Counted from the stretch's first letter, positions 1 to 9,133 are shown. The stretch is 64,000 nt of DNA from a bacterium (GCA_965205865.1 CBDBHR010000030.1:192001-256000), one strand, 5' to 3'. Notes: generated by a model not told the origin, from the sequence alone. Numbers and translations: made by a program.

Positions 1-1305
1 ATCGTCGTCGATGCAGGACCTGCCAAAACCAAAGATGCGAAACTGAATCAAAACCTCTGGTGGCAATTTGGCAACAGCGTATCATATACCGAATCAGCGG
101 ACCGCTCCCCTGCCCGTTCAATTGTGGCGGAGGCGGACATCATCATCGATTCGATTTTTGGAACCGGTCTGGAGCGCCCCATCACTGGAAAATTCCGAGA
201 GTGGATTGAACATATCAATACAAATACCCTGGCTGTCAAAATAGGAGTCGATCTCCCTTCAGGTGTTCATTCGGATCAAGGACAGAGGATGGGAGTGGCA
301 GTCGAATGTCAATATACTCTGACTTTTCAGCTAGGCAAACAGGGGTGTTTTCAATATCCAGGAGCGCAAAACGCAGGCAAGGTGGTTGTCAAAGACATTT
401 CCATTCCTCCTTATTGGTCCAAGGAAGCTTTGCCCGTCTATTTGCTCACGCGATCATTTATTCAACAACTCCTCCCGGCTAAAGTTGTTGATGCGCATAA
501 AGGCACCTACGGACATTTGCTCACTATTTGCGGGTCCTCCGGTATGGCCGGTGCTGTGTTGCTCGTCTCTTTTGCGGCAATCAAGAATGGTAGCGGCTTG
601 GTTTCTGCTTGTGTACCACTGGCATTGCGTGACGCCTTTTTGGGACAATGCCCCGAATTGATGACCCTTTCTCCCGGAGGGGAATCTCCTCATCACTTCG
701 TCTCCTCACATGCAACCTTTGTTGCCTCCGAAATTGAAAAACGGGATGCCGCAGTATTGGGATGCGGATTGGGGCAAGCGCCGGAAACAGTAAAATTTGT
801 CCGGCAATTGGTGGCTTCAACAAGCAAACCTCTGCTCATTGATGCGGATGGCTTGAACTGCCTTGACAGTAAGTTGTTGAAAAAGCGTTCCGCTTCCACG
901 ATTATCACTCCTCATCCCCGAGAACTTTCCCGTTTGTGTGGGCTTACAACTGCGGATATTCAAAAAAACCGCATTGAAATCACCCGAAAATACGCCGTGG
1001 AATGGGAGGTGGTTTTACTGCTCAAAGGAGCGTATACTGTCATCGGCGATGCCGATGGATCGGTATTTATCAATCCGACTGGTCATGAAGGTATGGCGAC
1101 AGCAGGAAGTGGGGATGTGCTCAGTGGAATAATCGGCAGCTTTCTGACACAGCAATGCTCTCCATTACAAGCAACCTTGCTGGGAGCATACTTACACGGA
1201 GAGGCTGGTGACTGTTTGAAACCGTTTCTTGCTTCTTCATATTTGAGCGCTACCAACTTGATTCATAGTCTGAACGATGCCCGCCTTCTGCATGAACAGC
1301 CTTAG
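1..1305 (+). CDS. nnr: Bifunctional NAD(P)H-hydrate epimerase/dehydratase (YjeF/Nnr), 5' partial
   Basis: Frame is open from base 1. YjeF_N motifs DSIFGTGL and DLPSG, carbohydrate-kinase-like motifs HKGTYG, IDADGL, TPHPREL, ATAGSGDVLSG. Confidence 0.92.
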   Translation: MVVDAGPAKTKDAKLNQNLWWQFGNSVSYTESADRSPARSIVAEADIIIDSIFGTGLERPITGKFREWIEHINTNTLAVKIGVDLPSGVHSDQGQRMGVAVECQYTLTFQLGKQGCFQYPGAQNAGKVVVKDISIPPYWSKEALPVYLLTRSFIQQLLPAKVVDAHKGTYGHLLTICGSSGMAGAVLLVSFAAIKNGSGLVSACVPLALRDAFLGQCPELMTLSPGGESPHHFVSSHATFVASEIEKRDAAVLGCGLGQAPETVKFVRQLVASTSKPLLIDADGLNCLDSKLLKKRSASTIITPHPRELSRLCGLTTADIQKNRIEITRKYAVEWEVVLLLKGAYTVIGDADGSVFINPTGHEGMATAGSGDVLSGIIGSFLTQQCSPLQATLLGAYLHGEAGDCLKPFLASSYLSATNLIHSLNDARLLHEQP

Positions 1306-1489
1306 TAAAAGCATCCTGAAAAAGTAAAATCGCGCCTTCCGGCCTCTCTTTTTTCACACCTATCTTGAACAGTGAGCCTTGTTCATCCAACATTTGAGTG
1401 AGAGATTCGGCGATATAGGCTTTGTCGGCATAGATCGGATTATCATAAATATCCGAAGGGATTTCCTTTCTCCGCTTTGTCGTTCCCAC
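1302..1489 (-). pseudogene. Possible IS982-family transposase fragment
   Basis: Translation IYADKAYIAESLTQMLDEQGSLFKIGVKK resembles the YADKGYIS..L...G..F.T.VKKN segment of IS982 DDE transposases. No start or end of the gene is seen. Confidence 0.45.
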
Positions 1490-1532
1490 TACATCGGGTT
1501 TATACCATCATAATACTGGGAATTGAGTCAAT

Positions 1533-1790
1533 TAACCTGAGTTCGAGATAAGAATTTAATAAATTCAATATGTTATGGAATCTTCATATCTTAGAGAAAC
1601 TTTGTCATTCCTGCGAGATCCCTGCGTACGCAGGGAAGGAATCCTGAGGTATGCAGCCAGACTGAAATCCGGATTCCCGCTCCCCGCTCCCCGCTTTCGC
1701 GAGGACAAGTTTCGCGGGGACAAGTTTCGCGAGGATGACATATACACTGGGATACTCATATTATTGAAGATTTATGTCGAACTCAGGTTA
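1533..1790. mobile_element. MITE family A with terminal inverted repeat TAACCTGAGTTCGA, enclosing a GTCATTCC...GGATGACA REP-like palindrome
   Basis: TAACCTGAGTTCGA at 1533 and its reverse complement TCGAACTCAGGTTA ending at 1790. A near-identical left portion recurs at 9134-9268. Confidence 0.8.
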
Positions 1791-2640
1791 TTGAGGATCG
1801 CTGTGTTTATTTTGAAGCAAGGCGCGTAAATGTTTGATCTCTTCCAGGGCTTGTTTCTTTTGTTGTCGTTCCAGTTCTTCTCTTTTCAAGGCTTGCTCTT
1901 TTTGTTGCCGCTCCTGTTCTTTGAGTTGCCTTTCCTGCTCTTTTTGTTGCCGCTCTTTTTGGAGGGATTTTAAGAGATATGGTTGGTAGAGCGGATCATT
2001 CATCAGGGTCTCGAAAGGGATCTAGGCCTCCAAGTCTTGGCGCCGAAAAGCAAATTGGTCCAAGACGGTGGATTGAATCAGGCCCTCTTCTGCCGAATCC
2101 AATCGTTGATGGGTTCCCGCTTGATGGAGTCGATAAAAACATGTATGTTTTCCCAAACGATCTAAAATATAATAATCTGTCACCCCCGCTTTGGCGTATT
2201 CTTCTTTTTTGAAGACGGTGTCCCGTTCCACCTCCGAGGGAGTCGAGTCGGATAAAAACTCAATACAGAGGTCACACACCCCATGAAACGAACGATCCGT
2301 GGGGTGGGGCACTACCGGATTGGAATGCGGAAGGACCGCGAGATCCGGTTTCCGTATGCTGACTTTATCCCCCAATTCCAAACGAAAGCCCATTTCTAAT
2401 GCCATGATTCGCCCTTGAGGGAAGACGGTTAAGGAACAAACCTCAAATAACATGAAATTCTTCCAATGGTGTGAGCAAAATTGGGGGACATGTACAGCGG
2501 CATCCCAACTCTACTGTTTTATGCCTGCTGTTACCTGTCCCCTAATTTTGCGTATCCATACTTCTAACTTATTTAAATTTCATTCCTAAATATTCTTCTA
2601 ATAAGCGCAAGAACCATATGATACAGAGAGATGCTTAAGG
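1788..2640 (-). pseudogene. Uma2-family PD-(D/E)xK endonuclease pseudogene with coiled-coil tail
   Basis: IRKPDL, DLCIEFLSDST, RDTVFKKEEY, YYILD motifs. In-frame TAG at 2022-2024 joins ORFs 2022..2453 and 1788..2003. A MITE at 2433-2586 splits WFLRLLEEYL|TVFPQG. The upstream boundary is approximate. Confidence 0.82.
2433..2586. mobile_element. MITE family B (GGAA...TTCC ends, 3-bp TAA target duplication)
   Basis: TAA at 2430-2432 and at 2587-2589. Internal inverted repeat AAAATTGGGGGACA/TGTCCCCTAATTTT. Other copies at 7792-7948, 9271-9394 and 39398-39552. Confidence 0.85.
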
Positions 2641-2799
2641 GCTTCTGCGGGAAGGTCCTTATTTATACCAAAGTCTCTCCTCTCCGGCTTTCTCAAGTCT
2701 ATCAATATTTCATTGAGAAAACCCGAGCTACCTCTTGACAAACTTTTCTCTTTCGCATTATAAAACCATTCCCTGTTTTTCAAACAGATAAGGAGTGTC

Positions 2800-3903
2800 A
2801 TGGCCAAATCGGAAAAACCTGCAAACCCCAAACGAAAAGGGACGCCTCACAATGATTTTTTTATTCAACAGTGGAGTGATTTAAAAGTCGCTCAGGCTTT
2901 TTTTAAAGAGTATTTGCCCGCTTCCATTCAAGCAATCATGGACTGGTCTCAATTACGTCTGGCACCAGGCGATTTTGTGCAAAAAGCGTTGAAGAATCGT
3001 AAAAGTGATCTCCTTTATGAAACTCGTTTTAAAGGAAGCGAGGGCCAGGAAATCAAGGGATTCTTCTTGATTCATTTCGAGCATCAAAAGGAGCCGGATG
3101 AAACCATGTGCTATCGGTATTTGAGCTATTTGGTGGGGATTTATGAGCAATATTTGAAGCAATTTCCTCAAGAAGGGCTCCCGATTGTTTTTCCGATAAC
3201 ACTTTTTCAAGGTCCCAAAAAATGGACCGCCGCCCTCCACTTTCATGACTTTCTCAGTGTTCCCGAGGCCCTCAAACCCTATGTGCCTTCCTTTGAATAT
3301 CACCTGGTGGATTTATCAGGCATGAGTGATGATCAAATCAAAGGATCCTTGTTTTTGAGAGTGTTTTTAATGATCATGAAACACATCGACTCCCCAGAAC
3401 TTTCCCATCTTTTAGCCACTGTCATCTGGCCTTTGTTTGAAAAACTATTTGAAGAAGGCAGTGGTTTGAGGTATCTTGAGGATGTACTCTACTATTTATT
3501 CAAAGCCAGTTCCCACCTCAAAGAAGAGGAAATGGTGCAACAAGTGCAAAACCTGCTCAGCTTTGAAGACGCTCACGAGGTAATTATGACAATCGCCGAA
3601 CAATTGGAACAAAAAGGACTCCAAAAAGGACTCCAAAAAGGACTTCTGAAAGGTCGTCAAGAAGGTCATCAAAAAGGTCATCAAAAAGGTCGTCAAGAAG
3701 GTCGTCAAGAAGAAGCATATCATCTACTAAAAAAACAACTCCAAAAGAAGTTTGGTGAAGCCGCGGAACCTTATCAAGCCATTCTAGCGACTCTCTCTGT
3801 TGATGAACTCGAAACACTAGGAGAAAGACTCATCACTCAATCGACTTTAGAAGACATTTTTCAAGGGTTTCCCTGGAGTGGCTCTCCACCAAAGCTTTCT
3901 TAA
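2800..3903 (+). CDS. Rpn-family recombination-promoting nuclease / putative transposase (Transposase_31) with DUF4351-like C-terminus
   Basis: PHNDFF, KSDLLYET, FEHQ PD-(D/E)xK motifs, MTIAEQLEQKG followed by QKG/QEG repeats. SD AAGGAG upstream of the start. Confidence 0.9.
   Translation: MAKSEKPANPKRKGTPHNDFFIQQWSDLKVAQAFFKEYLPASIQAIMDWSQLRLAPGDFVQKALKNRKSDLLYETRFKGSEGQEIKGFFLIHFEHQKEPDETMCYRYLSYLVGIYEQYLKQFPQEGLPIVFPITLFQGPKKWTAALHFHDFLSVPEALKPYVPSFEYHLVDLSGMSDDQIKGSLFLRVFLMIMKHIDSPELSHLLATVIWPLFEKLFEEGSGLRYLEDVLYYLFKASSHLKEEEMVQQVQNLLSFEDAHEVIMTIAEQLEQKGLQKGLQKGLLKGRQEGHQKGHQKGRQEGRQEEAYHLLKKQLQKKFGEAAEPYQAILATLSVDELETLGERLITQSTLEDIFQGFPWSGSPPKLS
3586..3903 (+). CDS. Probable intragenic small Rpn product (RpnS-like antitoxin)
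   Basis: In-frame ATG of MTIAEQL preceded by SD-like GAGGT (CACGAGGTAATTATG), matching the known RpnL/RpnS arrangement. Confidence 0.6.
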   Translation: MTIAEQLEQKGLQKGLQKGLLKGRQEGHQKGHQKGRQEGRQEEAYHLLKKQLQKKFGEAAEPYQAILATLSVDELETLGERLITQSTLEDIFQGFPWSGSPPKLS

Positions 3904-3927
3904 ATGATCTGTAACAACAAAATCAAA

Positions 3928-4105
3928 TGGATCTCGCCATGAGAAAAAGAAAATATTTGACTTCTTGATCTCGCTATAATATAAAGATCAAAGAGGCCTT
4001 CAAACAGCGATTCAAATAGGAATTGAAAAAGGAGTTGACTTCTGGATCTCGCCATGAGAAAAAGAAAATATTTGACTTCTTGATCTCGCTGTAATATGAA
4101 AGATC
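3928..4105 (+). repeat. ~60 bp direct repeat containing a sigma70-like promoter
   Basis: TGGATCTCGCCATGAGAAAAAGAAAATATTTGACTTCTTGATCTCGCT at 3928 and 4043. First copy reads TTGACT-N17-TATAAA. Confidence 0.7.
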
Positions 4106-4285
4106 TTCATTGAATTTATAAGAATACAGAATTAATGAATCACCGTATTAAAAAAAAGTTTGACAACCATTTGCAAAGCGAGTATACAAATTATTCCAAG
4201 GACAAAAGGGCAATAATGCGATCCTTCGCTTTGCTCAGGATGACATGAAAGTCTGAAATTAAACCGTTTCAAGGATAAAAGAATC

Positions 4286-4315
4286 TTGACAATAAGGTAG
4301 ATATGCGAGTAAACT
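4286..4315 (+). promoter_or_regulatory. Sigma70-like promoter for the SBP leader
   Basis: TTGACA-N18-TAAACT. The homologous copy at 38361-38390 (minus strand) reads TTGACA-N18-TATACT. Confidence 0.6.
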
Positions 4316-4321
4316 TAAACA

Positions 4322-4397
4322 CCCAGTTCCCAGTTCCCAGTTCCCAGTTCCCAGTTCCCAGTTCCCAGTTCCCAGTTCCCAGTTCCCAGTTCCCAGT
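4322..4397 (+). repeat. Tandem heptamer array (CCCAGTT) x10 plus one partial copy
   Basis: Read directly from the sequence. Confidence 0.97.
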
Positions 4398-4675
4398 AAT
4401 TAGTCCCAGTCACACTTCACAAATCCCAAGTTCTACCCCCTTATCTCATCTCGACGGGGCCGTCGGTACGCCCGGTCCGCATACGGCGCATCGGCGTACC
4501 GGAAGCAACGCGGTAGCGGCGCCCAGTCCGAGAGGGAGAGATCCTTAAGATCCCTCGTTCCCAGTTCCAAATCCCAAGTTCCAAGTTCCAGGAACAGAAC
4601 GGCAAGGGTGAATTTGGAAAATCATGGACGTCTGAGAGCGTCCTTGTTTCGTTCATTTTTTATAAGGAGAACCCT

Positions 4676-4813
4676 ATGTTGAAATCACGTAAGCAGAAAT
4701 TTGTCGCCTCCGTCGTGAGGCTGAACGTGGCAGGCGCCTTGTCTGCCACAAAAAACCGATTCGCTCAATGGCTGAGTGAATCATTATCTTCACCCTCAAT
4801 TAAAAGAGGTTAG
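4676..4813 (+). CDS. Putative 45-aa leader peptide, unit 1 (MLKSRKQKFVASVVRLNVAGALSATKNRF...)
   Basis: SD AAGGAG before ATG 4676, TAG at 4811. Paralogous to the next small ORF. Confidence 0.45.
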   Translation: MLKSRKQKFVASVVRLNVAGALSATKNRFAQWLSESLSSPSIKRG

Positions 4814-4814
4814 T

Positions 4815-4937
4815 ATGGGTATTGTGAAGAAACTTTTAGCCCCTGTCGTGGAGCTGTTCGTTGCAGACGTTGGGTCTGCCACGAAACTGCGATTCACCTC
4901 AGAGCAGGTGAATCTTTTTATAACACCTCAAATGTAA
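4815..4937 (+). CDS. Putative 40-aa leader peptide, unit 2 (MGIVKKLLAPVVELFVADVGSATKLRF...)
   Basis: SD GAGG before ATG 4815, TAA at 4935. Shares the A.VV.L.VA...SATK.RF pattern with unit 1. Confidence 0.45.
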   Translation: MGIVKKLLAPVVELFVADVGSATKLRFTSEQVNLFITPQM

Positions 4938-4946
4938 GAGGACACA

Positions 4947-6675
4947 ATGGAAAAAAGAATAATAAGAAAACTTCAATCCCGCCGTGACCGTGCAAGAGAT
5001 GGTCAAAGACCCGTCCACTGGCGAGATGGTGGAGGCACCTCGGTATGGTGGCAGAATTGTCCTCAGCGAGGCCGCCCAGCAAACGCATCCTGACGGCTGG
5101 TGGGGGTCATCGAACTCCCGAATAGCAAGTCTCGCTTTGGATAAGCTGGGCATAGGGAATTGGGCATTAGATAGGGACGTATTTGACTGGACATACCAGT
5201 TTACTGATATGGAGTTTATTAAACCCCACCTGGCGGAAAGCTGGGAGATTTCCCCGGACGGCCTCACCTATACCTTCAACATCCGAAAGGGCGTTCACTG
5301 GCAGAACAAGGCGCCGATGAACGGGCGGGAGCTAACTGCCTATGACGTCGAGCATCACTTCCACCGTTTCTATGGTCTGGGCAGCGGCTTCACCGAGCCG
5401 ACCCCCCACACGGCTTAGGTCCAAAGCTTTCCAGTAGTATCAATAACGGCGACCGACAAATGGACAGTTGTTTTTAAGCTTTCACAGCCAAGCTTAACTG
5501 CGCTGGAGGAAATAACCTATAAGAGCTACGCGACTAGCTGGATACAGCCCCCCGAAGTCATCAAGCAATATGGCGACATGAAGGATTGGAGGAACGTCGT
5601 CGGCACGGAACCCTATATGCTGACCGACCAGGTCAGGGACAGCTCTACCACCTACACCAAGAACCCTGACTACTTCGCTTTTGACGAGAAGTACCCGGAG
5701 AACCGCCTGCCCTATGCCGACGAGATAAAGTTTCTGGTAATACCGGATTTACAGACGCAACTGGCGGCACTGCGCACGGGAAAGATTGCTGCCTACACTC
5801 AGGGCCTTACCATCCCCCAATGGGAGAGCATGCAGCGGACGAACCCCGAAATCAGAATGAAACCCTTACTCGACCAGCCAATGACTGGTTATGCCTTGCA
5901 CTTGCGCGACCCGGAGTCACCCTTTACGGACATCAGGGTGCGCATAGCCATGCAGAAGGCAATAGACCGCGAGACAATTAACAGGACATGGGCTAAGGGC
6001 TTGGGAGACCCGACACCTTATGGGATTATGGGGCCGTCAATGATCGGGTACTTCACCCCATTTGAGGAGTGGCCCGAGGAGGTCAAGGAAATGTGGCGCT
6101 ATGACCCGGCAGAGGCCGAGAGGCTCCTTGATGAGGCTGGGTTTCCGCGCAGCGCCGACGGCATTAGATTCAAGACGGACGTTTATTTCAATGAATGGTA
6201 TGGGCGTATGGACCTGACACAAATAGTCACAACCTACTGGGCAGCGATTGGCGTTGATGTCGGGATTAAGATGTTAGACCTTACTGCTCACAGGGCTGCT
6301 CAGACTGGCCGCACTTATAAACATATAATCCTCTGCAATCGAGCTACGGGTTACACCGCGGCGATATGGTGGCAAGCCCATAGTGAAAGTCAATGGAACG
6401 CGCCGGGTCTGAACGATCCTGAGTACGACGCCATGGTTGACGTCGCCAATGCCGCTACCACCGTTGAGGAGTTCAAGAGGCTGGTAAAAGAAATTAATAT
6501 GTACCTCTTAAAGCAGAAAGTTTGTGTAGGGGTTGATCGTCTTCCTGTCTTTAACGTCTGGCAGCCGTGGCTGGCTGGCTACAATGGTGAAGTACGGCTG
6601 GGAACCGATCTTGGCCGAGCCGCTTATGCCCGGGTCTGGGTTGACCAGGAGCTGAAGAAGGAAATGGGGCACTAG
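4947..6675 (+). pseudogene. Peptide/nickel ABC transporter solute-binding protein (family 5), disrupted
   Basis: True start MEKRIIRKLQS at 4947 (compare MEKSKTRKMQS at 29546) is out of frame with the body, and the signal peptide is deleted. In-frame TAG at 5416-5418. Otherwise colinear with the paralogs at 27762 and 36050. Confidence 0.88.
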
Positions 6676-6709
6676 GGCTCAGCACTTCACCGGTTGGCTC
6701 CTGACAAAA

Positions 6710-6745
6710 GAGGGGGGCTGGGGGCTTAGGCTCTCAGCTCCCTTA
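6710..6745 (+). terminator. Stem-loop between SBP and permease genes
   Basis: GGGGGGCTGGGGG-cttagg-CTCTCAGCTCCCTT. Weak U-tract, so it may be an mRNA stabiliser or attenuator. Confidence 0.45.
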
Positions 6746-6829
6746 CTGATTGAATAGTGGGAGGGGGGCGACGGGATTGCCACCCCTTTGGCTCACAATG
6801 ACGAGGGAGATCGCGATGAGGTGGGTGAC

Positions 6830-7789
6830 ATGCGAACCTACGTAATTAGAAGAATATTGCTCATCATTCCCACCGTGTTGATAGTGTCTATTATCGTCTT
6901 CCTTTCAGTACGTCTCATACCGGGCGATGTCATAGACGCGATGATGGCTTTGATGCCGCCTGAGGCTGGCATGGTGCTTGACCGTGAAGCGATTGAGCAG
7001 GCCCTGGGGTTGGATGCGCCCATCCACATCCAGTATGGACGCTGGATGGGAGACATTGTTCTGCACGGCAGCCTCGGGAAATCACTGTATGGCGGTCCGT
7101 CCGTGACTGAACAGTTGTTCAGTAAATTGCCGGTGACCCTTGAGCTTGGTATCCTGGCAATCATATTCGGGCTCGCCATAGCGTTCCCAGTCGGCATCTA
7201 CTCGGCGATCCATCAGGATACGGCCGGTGATTATGGAGGGCGTACTCTCGCCATCCTCTTTTTCTGCCTTCCCAACTTCTGGCTCGGCACTATCGTCATG
7301 ATTTACCCCTCAATCTGGTGGGCTTGGTCGCCATCCATGGAGCTGATTCCATTTGCCGACGACCCACTGGCTAACCTGGGAATGTTCACCATTCCAGCAG
7401 TCATTCTTGGCGCGTCCATGGCGGGGGTGACCATGAGAATGTCCCGCACCATGATGCTGGAGGTGTTGAGGCAGGACTACATCAGGACTGCCTATGCAAA
7501 GGGGCTCAAAGAGAGGGCAGTCATTGTCAGGCACGCCCTGAAGAACGCCTTCATCCCGGTAATTACCATAGTCGGCATGCAGTTGCCTATTCTGATTGGC
7601 GGTGCCGTTATTATGGAGCAGATATTCGTCCTGCCCGGCATAGGCCGTCTCTTTCTAGAGGCTCTCAATGACCGAGACTATGCGATGGTCTCCGGAGTAA
7701 ACCTGTTTATCGCCACCGCGGTAATAGGCATCAATCTGCTAATTGACCTCACCTATGGTTATTTAGACCCCAGGATTCAATACAAATAA
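6830..7789 (+). CDS. Peptide ABC transporter permease, DppB/OppB family
   Basis: MRTYVIRRILL start, IPGD, and EAA-loop region MLEVLRQDYIRTAYAKGL, ending LDPRI. Confidence 0.93.
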   Translation: MRTYVIRRILLIIPTVLIVSIIVFLSVRLIPGDVIDAMMALMPPEAGMVLDREAIEQALGLDAPIHIQYGRWMGDIVLHGSLGKSLYGGPSVTEQLFSKLPVTLELGILAIIFGLAIAFPVGIYSAIHQDTAGDYGGRTLAILFFCLPNFWLGTIVMIYPSIWWAWSPSMELIPFADDPLANLGMFTIPAVILGASMAGVTMRMSRTMMLEVLRQDYIRTAYAKGLKERAVIVRHALKNAFIPVITIVGMQLPILIGGAVIMEQIFVLPGIGRLFLEALNDRDYAMVSGVNLFIATAVIGINLLIDLTYGYLDPRIQYK

Positions 7790-7791
7790 AA

Positions 7792-7948
7792 GGAAAGAAA
7801 ATTAAATAAGTTAGAGTAGGGATACGCAAAATTAGGGGACACGTAACAGCAGCCGGACAACAGTATCATAAGCATGCACGGTGGTGTACATGTCCCCCAA
7901 TTTTGCTCCCATCATCAGAAAAATCACAGGTTATTTAATTTCTATTCC
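7792..7948. mobile_element. MITE family B, diverged copy between dppB and dppC
   Basis: GGAAAGAAAATTAAATAAG...GTTATTTAATTTCTATTCC with the same internal GGGGACA/TGTCCCC inverted repeat. Confidence 0.75.
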
Positions 7949-7965
7949 TAAAAGGAAAGAGCCGG

Positions 7966-8934
7966 ATGAGTGGCGTTACAGATACATCTTTGGAAATAGC
8001 GGCGCCCAAGAGACGTGGCCTGCTGGCCGATTTCCTGATCAGGCTTCTAAGAGAGAAGCCGCTCGGTACCGTCTGTGGACTTATCGTGCTGGTACTGCTT
8101 TTTGCCGGCATCTTTGCGGATCTCCTGGCTCCTTATCCCTATGCTGAAATCCACCTTGAGAGCATTCTGGAGGAGCCATCAGGCCAGTATCTTCTGGGCA
8201 CCGACCAGTTGGGGCGGGATGTCCTCAGCCGCCTGATCCATGGGGCTCGTATTTCGTTAGTTGTCGGTCTGGCGGCGACCACTGTCAATGTGGTGGTCGC
8301 TGTCTTGATCGGCATCATTTCAGGATTCTTTGGCGGTAAACTGGACCTGGCTGCGCAGCGCTTTGTCGACGCCTGGATGGCTTTTCCGGGACTGCTGCTC
8401 TTGCTGACCGTCATGTCCATCGTGGGACAGGGTATCTTCCAGATCATCGTGGTCCTGGGGATCGCCGGAGGCATCGTCGGTTCCCGAGTCGTCCGAAGCG
8501 CCGTGATTGGGGTCAAAGAGAATGACTATTTTCTGGCAGCCAAAGCCGTGGGCACCCCCACGAGCCAAATCCTGGTCCGCCATGTGCTGCCCAATATTAT
8601 GGCGCCCGTCATCATCATCTTCTCCATCAACATCGGGGGGGTGATTATCAGTGAGGCGTCGCTGAGCTTCCTCGGATTCGGTCTGCCCCCTGAGGTTCCC
8701 AGCTGGGGAGGTATGCTGAGCGGCGAAGGGCGTCGATTCATGGAGATGGCGCCACGGCTGGCGCTCTGGCCGGGGCTCTGCCTGACAATTGTCGTCTACG
8801 CTCTCAACATGTTTGGCGACGCCCTCAGGGACCTGTTCGACCCAAGACTGCGCGGCGGAGAGGGCAGTTACGGCACCGCAAAGAGGAAACGCAAACCAGG
8901 TCTCCTGGCCCGACTGATCAACCCCTTCTCTTAG
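7966..8934 (+). CDS. Peptide ABC transporter permease, DppC/OppC family
   Basis: LLGTDQLGRDVLSRL, RHVLPN, EASLSFLGFG, PSWGGML, GDALRD. Confidence 0.94.
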   Translation: MSGVTDTSLEIAAPKRRGLLADFLIRLLREKPLGTVCGLIVLVLLFAGIFADLLAPYPYAEIHLESILEEPSGQYLLGTDQLGRDVLSRLIHGARISLVVGLAATTVNVVVAVLIGIISGFFGGKLDLAAQRFVDAWMAFPGLLLLLTVMSIVGQGIFQIIVVLGIAGGIVGSRVVRSAVIGVKENDYFLAAKAVGTPTSQILVRHVLPNIMAPVIIIFSINIGGVIISEASLSFLGFGLPPEVPSWGGMLSGEGRRFMEMAPRLALWPGLCLTIVVYALNMFGDALRDLFDPRLRGGEGSYGTAKRKRKPGLLARLINPFS

Positions 8935-8989
8935 AAATCAGGGAATTGGGGTCAAGCCTGTGACTTTGGGAATTTAAGTTCATATTTCC

Positions 8990-9038
8990 GTGAGGCAGGT
9001 TGGGAGTCTTACGACTCCTTTCCCCCCTGAGAACGGCT
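8990..9038 (-). other. Group II intron 3' remnant (collapsed domain V plus domain VI)
   Basis: Minus strand GAGCCG-TTCTCAGGGGGAAAGGAGTCGTAAGACTCCCAACCTGCCTCAC: DV start and end with the stem deleted, then a DVI hairpin with GTAA loop ending in AC. Confidence 0.55.
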
Positions 9039-9133
9039 CGTCGGACGGGGATGAAGGGATTGCCATAACCCTGGGTCAGCCCGAACTTTCAGCCTCATTC
9101 ACAAGGAAAGGGGGAGAGATGAGATCAGGTAGT

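Noticed and set aside
1575-1829. ORFs 1575..1829, 9176..9397, 39308..39514, 4303..4548, 38216..38416, 29721..29990 and 38928..39275
   Set aside because: They are translations of MITEs, heptamer arrays or duplicated non-coding blocks. Their similarity to each other comes from the repeats.
4322-4397. Heptamer arrays or other repeats as CRISPR
   Set aside because: No unique spacers between repeats and no cas genes in the window.
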